A stretch of 24,000 nucleotides of DNA from assembly GCA_018669845.1 (NCBI GenBank), contig JABHSO010000111.1, positions 1 through 24,000 of the forward strand. The letters run 5' to 3'. The DNA is from Gammaproteobacteria bacterium (GTDB taxonomy: Bacteria > Pseudomonadota > Gammaproteobacteria > GCA-001735895). Below are positions 16,452-24,000 of the stretch, in pieces. The translations under genes and the position numbers were made by a program. A model generated the notes under the pieces. It was not told the origin of the DNA. It ran no database searches and saw only the letters and a list, made by a program, of their open reading frames with translations. The first letter of the stretch is position 1. Every line of letters begins with the position of its first letter.

Positions 16452-17174
16452 TTAAATAATCATGTCTGAAGGTTGGTATATTCCCGGATTGCGGCCTATC
16501 AACCACTGGGCGCCCTTTATTGCACCAGCGGCATACGCAGCACGGGAGTGAACAGTCAGAGTGAGTTCAATAGTTGAGAATCCGAGTTCTAATTTAATAG
16601 TATTGATCCCGGGTGTTTGCCCTAGACGTTGAATATCTAGATTAATTATACGTTCATTTTCACCAGTACCGGTTAGCTGGAATTTCTGTTTTAACATTTT
16701 GGTAGTACCAGATGGCTCGGCTTTTTTGTGTTGGTGATAAACCTCTCCAATGGTTAAAGCGGCTTCTTTCTGAGAGGATGCCAGGCTTAAACCGGCAGCA
16801 GCAAATGATTCAAAGCCGTCAGTAAAATTGGACCCGATTAAAATTGGATATGATTTGTCATCACTCCATAGCTTTTTGCTTTGTTCTTCTGAAAAGCCTG
16901 TTGTAGCAACCACAACAGGTACACTTTTTCCCTGTAATAAATCAATAAGCTCCAGGCATGTATCTGGTGTTGAAAAGTCGATAATGACATCTGCATTAGC
17001 AAATGCATGCTGGTCTAAAGGAACAATGTTTTTACTTGAACCCTGTTCTGTATTTAATAAGTCAGAGCCCTGCCTGACCACTGAAATAGCATTCATCTCT
17101 GATGACACTTCTATCAGTCTAACAACTTCCTTTCCAACCTTACCTGTCGAACCTACTACGGCTATGTTAATCAT
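16452..17174 (-). CDS. DapB-family (dihydrodipicolinate reductase-like) NAD(P)-dependent reductase
   Basis: N-terminal Rossmann motif INIAVVGSTGKVGK, then VIIDFSTP, VVVATTGF and EVYHQHKKAEPSGTT (compare DapB E.HH..K.DAPSGTA). 240 aa. Confidence 0.75.
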   Translation of the reverse strand: MINIAVVGSTGKVGKEVVRLIEVSSEMNAISVVRQGSDLLNTEQGSSKNIVPLDQHAFANADVIIDFSTPDTCLELIDLLQGKSVPVVVATTGFSEEQSKKLWSDDKSYPILIGSNFTDGFESFAAAGLSLASSQKEAALTIGEVYHQHKKAEPSGTTKMLKQKFQLTGTGENERIINLDIQRLGQTPGINTIKLELGFSTIELTLTVHSRAAYAAGAIKGAQWLIGRNPGIYQPSDMII

Positions 17175-17186
17175 TGTTTGTTCTCT

Positions 17187-18584
17187 CTAATCAATAATGA
17201 CTTTTGTCTCACTCATTTCTTTTAATGCAATGCGAACTCCTTCTCTTCCTAGGCCAGATTTTTTAATACCGCCAAAAGGTACATGCTCAGCACGAAAATC
17301 TGGTCCTTCATTAATCATTACACCACCCACTTGTATTGATTTGGAAATTGATTTAATTTGTTCATGGTTGTTTGAGTAGATACCGGCTTGTAACCCATAG
17401 TCAGATGAATTAACTTCAGTAATGAGTTGTTTGATATCAGAGAACTCTCGAATGCTGATGATTGGGCCAAAGGTTTCATTTTGAAAAAGGCTTGAGTTGA
17501 TTTCCACTTTGTGAATGATAGTAGGCTCAATCATAGTGCCTTTATGATTGCCACCCATTAAAATTTCACCGCCAAGAGAAACTGCTTCATCAAGACGCTT
17601 TTTTACTTCAACGGCTGCAAGTTCGTCGATAACCGGTCCCATTTTAGTTGAATTATCCTCTGGGTCCCCAGTTGTGATTTCACTAGCTTTGGATAAAAGG
17701 ATATCGATAAAATCTTTCTTTATTGCATTGTGAAGATAAAGTTTTTTAACAGCTGCACAACTTTGTCCGGCTATTTCAAAACGTTGATTAATTGCTGTTT
17801 GTGCAGCATCTTCGAGGTTGGCATCTGGTAATACTATTAATGGGTCATTACCACCCAGTTCCATCAGGCATCTTACTAAACCGCTAGCCTGTTTTAATGC
17901 GAGACCTGCTTCAGGGCCTCCTGTAAAGCTTAATAAATCAATGGGTGAACATGCCAGCGCTTGTGCTGTTTTGGCTCCACCATGAACCATTTGAACCAGG
18001 TTATCTGGAAAGCCGGCCTGCTTGCATAGGTCAACAAGTATTTGTGCTGCAAGTGGTGCTTTAGGAGAAGGTTTTATAATAATGGCATTGCCTGCTGCTA
18101 GTGCAGGGCCAAGCTTATGACATAGTAAATTAACTGGATAGTTAAAGGGTGTAATGGCTGCTACAACTCCAACGGGAACATGTGTAATGACGGCCTGTCT
18201 GTTGACTCCACCTGAAACAATACCGCAATGTAATACCTCTCCTTCAAGAAAGGTAGCTGCATCCCCAGATAAGCGAAGTGTATTTTGTGCCCTTCTAATT
18301 TCGTTCGTTGCCTCAGCAATTGTTTTACCGACTTCCTTGCAAACAGTTTTAGCTAAAACAGTAGCGTTTTCTGATATCACATCAGCAAGTTTATTTAATA
18401 ATGCCCTACGCTCATAGGGCATAGAGAAACGAAAGGATTCAGCTGCGCATTTTGCTTTCTTAATGACAGGGAGTAATTCGGTCGGGTCTGTTTCTGTTAC
18501 CTTATCAATAACTTCTCCATTAAAAGGATTGTATACATCGAATGTAGCTTCTGTGGTTTTATGGATAGGTATAGCGTTAGTCAT
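17187..18584 (-). CDS. NAD(P)+-dependent aldehyde dehydrogenase
   Basis: FNYPVNL, IIIKPSPKAP, FTGGPEAG, LELGGNDP, the catalytic Cys block AGQSCAAVK, ETFGPI and PFGGIKKSGLGREG. 465 aa. Confidence 0.9.
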   Translation of the reverse strand: MTNAIPIHKTTEATFDVYNPFNGEVIDKVTETDPTELLPVIKKAKCAAESFRFSMPYERRALLNKLADVISENATVLAKTVCKEVGKTIAEATNEIRRAQNTLRLSGDAATFLEGEVLHCGIVSGGVNRQAVITHVPVGVVAAITPFNYPVNLLCHKLGPALAAGNAIIIKPSPKAPLAAQILVDLCKQAGFPDNLVQMVHGGAKTAQALACSPIDLLSFTGGPEAGLALKQASGLVRCLMELGGNDPLIVLPDANLEDAAQTAINQRFEIAGQSCAAVKKLYLHNAIKKDFIDILLSKASEITTGDPEDNSTKMGPVIDELAAVEVKKRLDEAVSLGGEILMGGNHKGTMIEPTIIHKVEINSSLFQNETFGPIISIREFSDIKQLITEVNSSDYGLQAGIYSNNHEQIKSISKSIQVGGVMINEGPDFRAEHVPFGGIKKSGLGREGVRIALKEMSETKVIID

Positions 18585-18593
18585 TGTTGTGTC

Positions 18594-19898
18594 TCAGTTT
18601 TTATGGTTGGTAAAATCATCGGTTTCTATAATACTGCTCAGAGATACTGGTCTTACAGGCCACCTGTTTCCCTGCAGAGATTCGTTTTCTTTTTTATTTG
18701 AATCAGTCTCAGAGTTCAGATATTTTTCAACCCAATTGGCGCAAAAACGCCCCTGACAGGATCCCATTGAAAATCGGCCAAGCAACCTGACTTCACGCAG
18801 TGTAGGTTTATTCAGGGATTTCAAATCTTTTAGTGTTCTGTGCTCACATCGACAAATTATTGTTTCATCATCTAATGAAAAATCGATATCTTGATTGGCA
18901 GAGTTATAAATTTGTTCAATTGAACGATATGCTTTTTGGTACTTGTCAAGTTGATTTTTGAACGACTTGTTTATCGTTGACTTTTTGAGCTTTTCTGCTA
19001 TTTCAGATCCCGCATTCAATCCATCAAACTCTGAAGCTATTGCTCCCATGATTTGACGTGAATCACCGGCTTTTCGTATCAATATTCCAGGGTTGTCGAT
19101 AACCCCATAATCATTACTTTTTAAGCCATCATGCAGGCCGAGCTGTTCGGTTTCAAATGACCTGATTGAACCGGATTTTGTCTGAACTGTGACGTTAAGT
19201 TTATTATTGTCATTGTGGCGATGAATATTCTGGATACTCGCTCCAGAATAGAAAGGAACTGCTGATCTTATAATATCAAAAAGATAAGATCCTCCCTCAA
19301 GTAAATAGCGAAAGGGTAAGGAAAGACTTTTTGATACATGTCTAAACGGGAAAGAGGATTCAATGATGGCTACAGGAGGAGTGCCTGACCTGATTAATTG
19401 TGCACCTGCAGCTAACAAGAGTGGCCCGGATCCAGCGAGTATAATCTTATCTGCACTGACTTGACCTGTCATTTTAAGCTCGCTCTGGATTGCACCTACA
19501 GTGGTTACTCCTGCTGATTGCCAGCCATTTCTTGGCCAAACTTGCTCTGAAGCACCTGTGGCAATTACAAGTGCTTTGGGTTTATATAAAGCACTACGGT
19601 TGGGAGCCATCTGTTCAATCATGACGACCCCTTTATAATCAACTCCTATAAATCGACTCTGACATTGAACGGTAATATTGCTTTGGAATTGTTCGATTCG
19701 GCCTAAAATCCGTGACCACTGTTGTTGGTGTTGCTTCAGTTTAGGAATAGAGTGTCCTGTTGTGGATTGGCGATGAAAGTTCCCACCTTTTTGCACAGCC
19801 TGATCTACCACTAAAACTGATAATTTATTTCTGGCTAGTTCGCTGGCAGCTGAAAGTCCTGCTATACCTGCGCCAATGACGATGATATCCGGGTTCAT
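18594..19898 (-). CDS. FAD/NAD(P)-binding oxidoreductase subunit with C-terminal BFD-like [2Fe-2S] motif (HcnB / LhpF / OoxA-like)
   Basis: DIIVIGAGIAGLSAA plus a second dinucleotide fold IILAGSGPLLLAAG. C-terminal Cys pattern CRCEH...GSCQGRFC. The start is set at the ATG at 19898, giving an ATGA overlap with the preceding gene; the ORF-track start at 19916 is 6 codons upstream. Confidence 0.8.
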   Translation of the reverse strand: MNPDIIVIGAGIAGLSAASELARNKLSVLVVDQAVQKGGNFHRQSTTGHSIPKLKQHQQQWSRILGRIEQFQSNITVQCQSRFIGVDYKGVVMIEQMAPNRSALYKPKALVIATGASEQVWPRNGWQSAGVTTVGAIQSELKMTGQVSADKIILAGSGPLLLAAGAQLIRSGTPPVAIIESSFPFRHVSKSLSLPFRYLLEGGSYLFDIIRSAVPFYSGASIQNIHRHNDNNKLNVTVQTKSGSIRSFETEQLGLHDGLKSNDYGVIDNPGILIRKAGDSRQIMGAIASEFDGLNAGSEIAEKLKKSTINKSFKNQLDKYQKAYRSIEQIYNSANQDIDFSLDDETIICRCEHRTLKDLKSLNKPTLREVRLLGRFSMGSCQGRFCANWVEKYLNSETDSNKKENESLQGNRWPVRPVSLSSIIETDDFTNHKN

Positions 19899-20182
19899 TT
19901 GACACCTGTTTGACAAGTGCTGGTTTCAGAAATTGGTTGTGCATGCATATCCTGTTGGCAAAGTGTCAGGCATGCCTCAGAAATACCTCTTCCTTTAACA
20001 AGGACAATACAGTTTTGGCATTGACCAATTCCACAAAAAATTGATTTAATCTGTCCATTTTGAGCAACTCCAAAATCTATTATTCCTGACCGGGTTAGCG
20101 CAATAGCAATTGATTCACCTTCAATAAAGGAAAGAGGTGTATCTTTCCAGTAAAAAAAAGGCTTGCCGGGTTTGTTATTCAT
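19895..20182 (-). CDS. Small [2Fe-2S]-binding subunit (HcnA / LhpE-like)
   Basis: 95 aa. The Cys cluster FCGIGQCQNCIVLVKGRGISEACLTLC matches the C.MG.C..C.V...G.....C pattern of the small ferredoxin-like subunits of these heteromeric flavoenzymes. ATGA overlap at both ends. Confidence 0.7.
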   Translation of the reverse strand: MNNKPGKPFFYWKDTPLSFIEGESIAIALTRSGIIDFGVAQNGQIKSIFCGIGQCQNCIVLVKGRGISEACLTLCQQDMHAQPISETSTCQTGVK

Positions 20183-21327
20183 ACGGTGAATCTTTCAGGC
20201 GTTAATGTTTGGACATCTTTGGAAAATTCTTTTCCACGAATGAAATCAATAATCTCTCTTCCGATAATTGCTGATAGGCATATACCATCTCCTTCAAACC
20301 CTTTAGCCAGTAAGACGCGAGCATGGCTTGATATCGGCCCAACAATTGGGTGACCATCTTCTACAGCGGCTCTGACCCCGGCAAAAACACGAATGACCTG
20401 TCTACTTAAAAGAGGAGGGAAACAGGATGATGCATGGGACAGAATTCGTTTCACAGTCAGGAAGTCTGTTGTGCTTGATCCTGAGTTATCTTCACGGCTG
20501 CTACCTATCAAAAATTGGCCGGTGCTAAGGGGATCAATCACAATCGGTGGGCTACTCAGTTCTGAAGGTATATATGATTTAGATAATAGGTAGGAGGCAG
20601 AAGTTAACGGCCCTTTCAAATCAGAGGTACTGGTGGTCCTGTCTGTAATAATTAATTGACCAGATCGTGGTGTTATATGACTTTCTATTATATTTGGCAG
20701 GTTTAAGCCAGCAGAGACACCTGTTGCAATTATTAGGTGATCAGCTATATAAGTGCCAAGGTCTGTATGGACTTTTACATGTGATGAGTTCTCTTCAAAC
20801 CTGGTTAAACGACATGGCCATGCGTGTTTTATGTTTTGAGAATTCAGGTAAGTATTAACAGCTTCGTAGCCGAGTATATGACCTTCGCCTGCTACCTCTA
20901 AAACCCGGTGTATTTTATCTCCTAAACCGTTAATACTCTCTTTTCCAGGTCTATCAGATTTAATGGAAACCGGATTTCCCAGTGTTTTTATCTTATTAGA
21001 AAGGTCGTCGATGGCCTGGTCTTCTTTATCATTTGTACTGAAATAATAGCTGGGTCTTTTATGGTAAATCTTGCTTAAAATATTGTTTTTAAAGGATAGA
21101 GAGTTGTAATATTTGAGCGCATCTAATGCCAGGTTTGTTAATGCACCTGATTTTTTTGTACATATAGAGACTGCACCATCGGAAGCGCCTGAAGCACCTG
21201 AGAAGGGTCCTTTGGTATCCATAATTAACACACTCAACCCTTTTAAGGTTGCATGATATGCAACCGAAGATCCAACTATTCCGGCACCAGCGATAATAAG
21301 ATCATAATGATTATGTGTTGTTTTCAC
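20179..21327 (-). CDS. FAD-dependent oxidoreductase subunit (DadA / HcnC / LhpB-like)
   Basis: YDLIIAGAGIVGSSVAYH is an N-terminal FAD fold, and the size is DAO-family. The ORF-track start at 21447 adds 40 AT-rich residues before the Rossmann motif. GTG at 21327 or TTG at 21339 is more plausible, so the start is uncertain. Confidence 0.8.
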   Translation of the reverse strand: MKTTHNHYDLIIAGAGIVGSSVAYHATLKGLSVLIMDTKGPFSGASGASDGAVSICTKKSGALTNLALDALKYYNSLSFKNNILSKIYHKRPSYYFSTNDKEDQAIDDLSNKIKTLGNPVSIKSDRPGKESINGLGDKIHRVLEVAGEGHILGYEAVNTYLNSQNIKHAWPCRLTRFEENSSHVKVHTDLGTYIADHLIIATGVSAGLNLPNIIESHITPRSGQLIITDRTTSTSDLKGPLTSASYLLSKSYIPSELSSPPIVIDPLSTGQFLIGSSREDNSGSSTTDFLTVKRILSHASSCFPPLLSRQVIRVFAGVRAAVEDGHPIVGPISSHARVLLAKGFEGDGICLSAIIGREIIDFIRGKEFSKDVQTLTPERFTV

Positions 21328-21619
21328 ACGTATGCTCAATTTTAAAACTAAGCAAACATTACTCTTGCTGTAATAATAAATCGATGCAAAATTAATATGA
21401 CTACATACAAAAATATTTATATTTAAGTTTTTTACAATGTATCTCACAAGATTTTATTTAAGTAGAATATGCTGTACATATAATAATTATTGTAATTGGG
21501 CGGGGATATCTTGTATTGCTATTAGTCAAGATTGTACGTTAAATGTTTTTAGCTAGCCAACCGTGCAAGCAATAGGTACGTGTTTATAATAATTGATATC
21601 AACAAATGAGGACTAAGAA

Positions 21620-22450
21620 ATGAGAATATTTAGAAAAATTTTGAAATTGTGTCTTCCCATTCTGCTACTTACAGGGTTTATAAATAATGCTTTTGCAGAC
21701 AAATTAGGGGAAATCAGAGAGCGTGGGTCGTTAAGGATGGCCGGAATTGTAAATGAAGATCCATATTTCAGAAAAGATCCAAGATCAGGTGAATGGCGTG
21801 GTTTTGCAGTTGAAATGGCACGAGATATTGCAAAAACGATTGGTGTTAAACTTGAAGTGGTTGAGTCCAGTTGGGGTAACTCCATACTTGATGTCCAGTC
21901 AGGGAAAGTGGACCTTGCTCTTGCGTTAACTGCTTTGCCTAAACGTGCAATGTCAATTCATTTTACTTCCCCTACTTATTATAATAGCTTTGTCATTATT
22001 TCGCCTAAATCAAATTTAAAAGGAAAGTCATGGTCTGAGCTGAATAATTCACAATATACATTTGCAGTTGATTTAGGGTCTGCTCAGGACAATATTACTA
22101 AACAATATCTTCCAAAAGCTAATGTATTAAGGTTTAAGTCTCGCGATGAAGCCATTGTTGCCGTAGCAGCAGGAAAAGCCGATGCTTTAGTTAACTCAGT
22201 TTTAAATGGCATGGTAATGACCAAAAAGAATAAAAAGTTAGGTAACGTTTATGTTCCAAAACCCATTATGTCTTCTCCGTCAGTTATAGGTTTAAATTAT
22301 AATACGGATGCAAAATGGAAGACTTTTGTTTCTGCATGGGCTGATTTTAATAGACGTGTTGGAAATAATCAGACATGGATTATTAATGGTCTGGCACCTT
22401 TTGGTATTGGACTAGATGATCTTCCTGAAGGATTTGATATTGGTGGCTAA
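21620..22450 (+). CDS. Periplasmic substrate-binding protein, polar amino-acid type (SBP family 3)
   Basis: Signal peptide ...LLLTGFINNAFA/DK. Also LRMAGIVNEDPYF, GFAVEMARDIAKTIGVKLEVV and KVDLALALTALPKRA. Confidence 0.88.
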   Translation: MRIFRKILKLCLPILLLTGFINNAFADKLGEIRERGSLRMAGIVNEDPYFRKDPRSGEWRGFAVEMARDIAKTIGVKLEVVESSWGNSILDVQSGKVDLALALTALPKRAMSIHFTSPTYYNSFVIISPKSNLKGKSWSELNNSQYTFAVDLGSAQDNITKQYLPKANVLRFKSRDEAIVAVAAGKADALVNSVLNGMVMTKKNKKLGNVYVPKPIMSSPSVIGLNYNTDAKWKTFVSAWADFNRRVGNNQTWIINGLAPFGIGLDDLPEGFDIGG

Positions 22451-22639
22451 ATCACCCTCGATGAAGGTTGGGAAGGTTTGACCCTGACAAGTTCAGTACT
22501 AATCTTTCCTTTTTTTATATTCATTCTTGTTACCTGTTTCGTAACGTGCAACTGATATATTGATTAGCAATCAGTCCCAGCTGGTACGGCTGTAAAGTAA
22601 TAGATAACGAGTTAACTTTTAAAAATTTGAGGTTGTATC

Positions 22640-23305
22640 ATGACATATGAGTGGGACTTTTTTACAATATTCCAATCGATGGATTTGTTCCTTGAAGGAT
22701 TATTAACAACTTTTCTATATACAGTTGGCTCAATTCTAATAGGAATAGTAATCGGTTTAATTGCCTGTTTTGGTCGTCTATCCAAATTTTTATTTTTTCG
22801 AGGTTTGGCAAGATCCTATCAGGAAATATTCCGTTGTACTCCTTTATTGGTTCAAATAATGTGGGCTTACTATGCTCTGCCTTTAATAATAGGAGTTAAC
22901 ATTCCTAACTATATTGCTGGCCTGGTGATATTGTCACTATATGTAGGATCATTTTATGCTGAGATATTCAGGGCTGGTATCAATGCAATCGATAAAGGTC
23001 AAACTGAGGCTGGCGCTGCTGTGGGTATGTCACAAATTGAAATAATGCGCTATATCATCATGCCGCAAGCAATCAAGAAAATGTTGCCAGCATTTATTAA
23101 TCAGTCTGTTATTCAGGTTAAGAACACATCGCTTTTATATGCCATCTCAATTGCTGAATTGACCTATATGACGTATGTGATTAATGGTGAAACCTATCTT
23201 CCAATGGAAGCATACACTATAGCTGCAGTTATGTATTTCTCTATACTTTTTCCACTAACTCAGTTCTCTGATTATTTTGAGAGAAAAATGCGTCGCAGCG
23301 ATTAA
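22640..23305 (+). CDS. Amino-acid ABC transporter permease (His/Glu/Gln/Arg/opine family)
   Basis: 221 aa with 5-6 TM segments. EAA-loop block IDKGQTEAGAAVGMSQIEIMRYIIMPQA. Confidence 0.9.
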   Translation: MTYEWDFFTIFQSMDLFLEGLLTTFLYTVGSILIGIVIGLIACFGRLSKFLFFRGLARSYQEIFRCTPLLVQIMWAYYALPLIIGVNIPNYIAGLVILSLYVGSFYAEIFRAGINAIDKGQTEAGAAVGMSQIEIMRYIIMPQAIKKMLPAFINQSVIQVKNTSLLYAISIAELTYMTYVINGETYLPMEAYTIAAVMYFSILFPLTQFSDYFERKMRRSD

Positions 23306-23377
23306 AAAATTTTGATATGTGGCACAGGATTTCTTAAATGCTTAAAGCAGGCATAACCACGAAAAGAGATAAAAGAC

Positions 23378-24000
23378 ATGAATAATGATAATACACCCGT
23401 ACTTACAGTTAATGGTCTGGTAAAACGATATGGAGCCATCGAAGTCTTAAAATCAATTGATCTGGATCTTGTGAAAGGAGACATACTTGGAATTATCGGT
23501 CCTTCTGGCTCTGGCAAGTCAACACTTATAAGATGCCTGAATATGATGGAGACTCCAACAGAGGGGACGATAAAACTACAAGGTAAAAAATTATCAGATA
23601 AATTTAAAAGTTCAAAAAATGAAATTGGTGTTGGAGAGTTAAGAAGAAAAGTAGGGATGGTGTTTCAGCACTTCAATTTATATCCTCACAAAACAGTTTT
23701 AGGGAATATTACTATGGGCCCTAAAGTTGTTGGTAAAAAATCTGAGCAAGAAGCAAATGAGTATGCACATGACTTGTTGGGTCAGGTTGGCTTGTCAGAT
23801 AAAGCAGATGCTTATCCTAGCCATTTATCTGGTGGGCAAAAACAAAGAGTCGCGATAGCCAGAGCACTTGCGATGAAACCAGATATTATGTTATTTGATG
23901 AAGTTACCAGTGCTCTAGATCCTGAGCTTGTTGGGGAAGTGTTACAGGTTATTAAAAAACTGGCGGATGAAGGAATGACTATGGCTCTGGTTACTCACGA
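23378..24000 (+). CDS. Amino-acid ABC transporter ATP-binding protein (3' end outside the window)
   Basis: My own translation from the ATG at 23378: [55 protein letters not shown] (Walker A), then [17 protein letters not shown] (signature) and [13 protein letters not shown] (Walker B). Open to the window end, so absent from the ORF track. Confidence 0.93.
   Translation, partial: MNNDNTPVLTVNGLVKRYGAIEVLKSIDLDLVKGDILGIIGPSGSGKSTLIRCLNMMETPTEGTIKLQGKKLSDKFKSSKNEIGVGELRRKVGMVFQHFNLYPHKTVLGNITMGPKVVGKKSEQEANEYAHDLLGQVGLSDKADAYPSHLSGGQKQRVAIARALAMKPDIMLFDEVTSALDPELVGEVLQVIKKLADEGMTMALVTH

Noticed and set aside
15498-17174. Reading the DapA/DapB-like pair as the lysine-biosynthesis genes dapA and dapB
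   Set aside because: They are the last two genes of a tightly coupled operon with a catabolic-type flavoprotein dehydrogenase and an aldehyde dehydrogenase, next to an amino-acid importer. The DapA-like protein also has a C-terminal extension. Biosynthetic identity cannot be fully excluded without checking for other copies.
14903-18756. Assorted 60-120 aa ORFs opposite or out of frame within the GGDEF, DapA-like, DapB-like, ALDH and oxidoreductase genes (14903-15112, 15556-15759, 15862-16056, 16828-17190, 17197-17379, 17318-17530, 17548-17733, 18154-18417, 18463-18756)
   Set aside because: All are nested in genes with strong family motifs. Their Ser/Thr/Pro-rich composition is typical of the antisense frames of real genes.
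20393-20858. Plus-strand ORFs 20393-20593 and 20667-20858. The same applies to 21613-21885 (minus) and 23302-23517 (minus).
   Set aside because: They are antisense to the DadA-like gene, the binding-protein gene and the ABC ATPase gene respectively, with no independent support.
21328-21447. 40-codon N-terminal extension of the DadA-like ORF
   Set aside because: It is AT-rich Ile/Asn/Tyr sequence placed before the N-terminal GxGxxG fold, which in this family normally begins within about 10 residues of the start. GTG at 21327 or TTG at 21339 is preferred, but this is unverified.
18594-21447. Hydrogen cyanide synthase (hcnABC)
   Set aside because: The domain content is similar, but the gene order here is C-like, A-like, B-like. 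The operon continues into ALDH/DapB-like/DapA-like genes and faces an amino-acid transporter, which fits imino-acid or opine catabolism better. Phylogeny would be needed to be certain.
1-24000. CRISPR arrays, tRNA/rRNA genes, and defence or toxin-antitoxin modules
   Set aside because: By eye I saw no regularly spaced repeat array, cloverleaf-like or rRNA-like sequence, or nuclease, ATPase or reverse-transcriptase signatures. Manual scanning could still miss short or degenerate elements.

Overview
About 38-40% GC, gene-dense window with gammaproteobacterial gene content (Haemophilus/Vibrio-type 283-aa ThyA). There are four blocks. (1) 1-2296: a GcvPA/GcvPB-like pair that keeps the P-protein alignment blocks but has lost the recognisable catalytic motifs, including the PLP lysine. 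(2) 2454-9832: housekeeping genes dgkA, lgt, thyA, apaG, apaH on the + strand and rsmA(ksgA)-folA on the - strand. Embedded among them are small signalling genes: a GAF protein overlapping a secreted LysM/FecR protein, a ComFB-family protein and a stand-alone FHA protein. (3) 9858-13998: a ~3.9 kb segment bracketed by ~135-140 bp imperfect direct repeats. It carries an orphan 689-aa lipoprotein gene, a 5'-truncated IS110-family transposase remnant, an orphan intrinsic terminator and small ORFs. A membrane GGDEF cyclase gene follows it. (4) 15498-24000: a tightly packed six-gene minus-strand operon, transcribed divergently from a polar amino-acid/opine-type ABC transporter. The operon encodes a three-part flavoprotein/2Fe-2S dehydrogenase of HcnABC / D-hydroxyproline dehydrogenase / opine dehydrogenase type, an aldehyde dehydrogenase, a DapB-like reductase and a DapA-like lyase. 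I found no rRNA, tRNA, CRISPR array or recognisable defence genes. The most unusual items are the repeat-bracketed insertion, the catalytically stripped P-protein pair and the DapB-containing variant of the hydroxyproline/opine-type operon. All functions were assigned by eye from motifs, not by database search.
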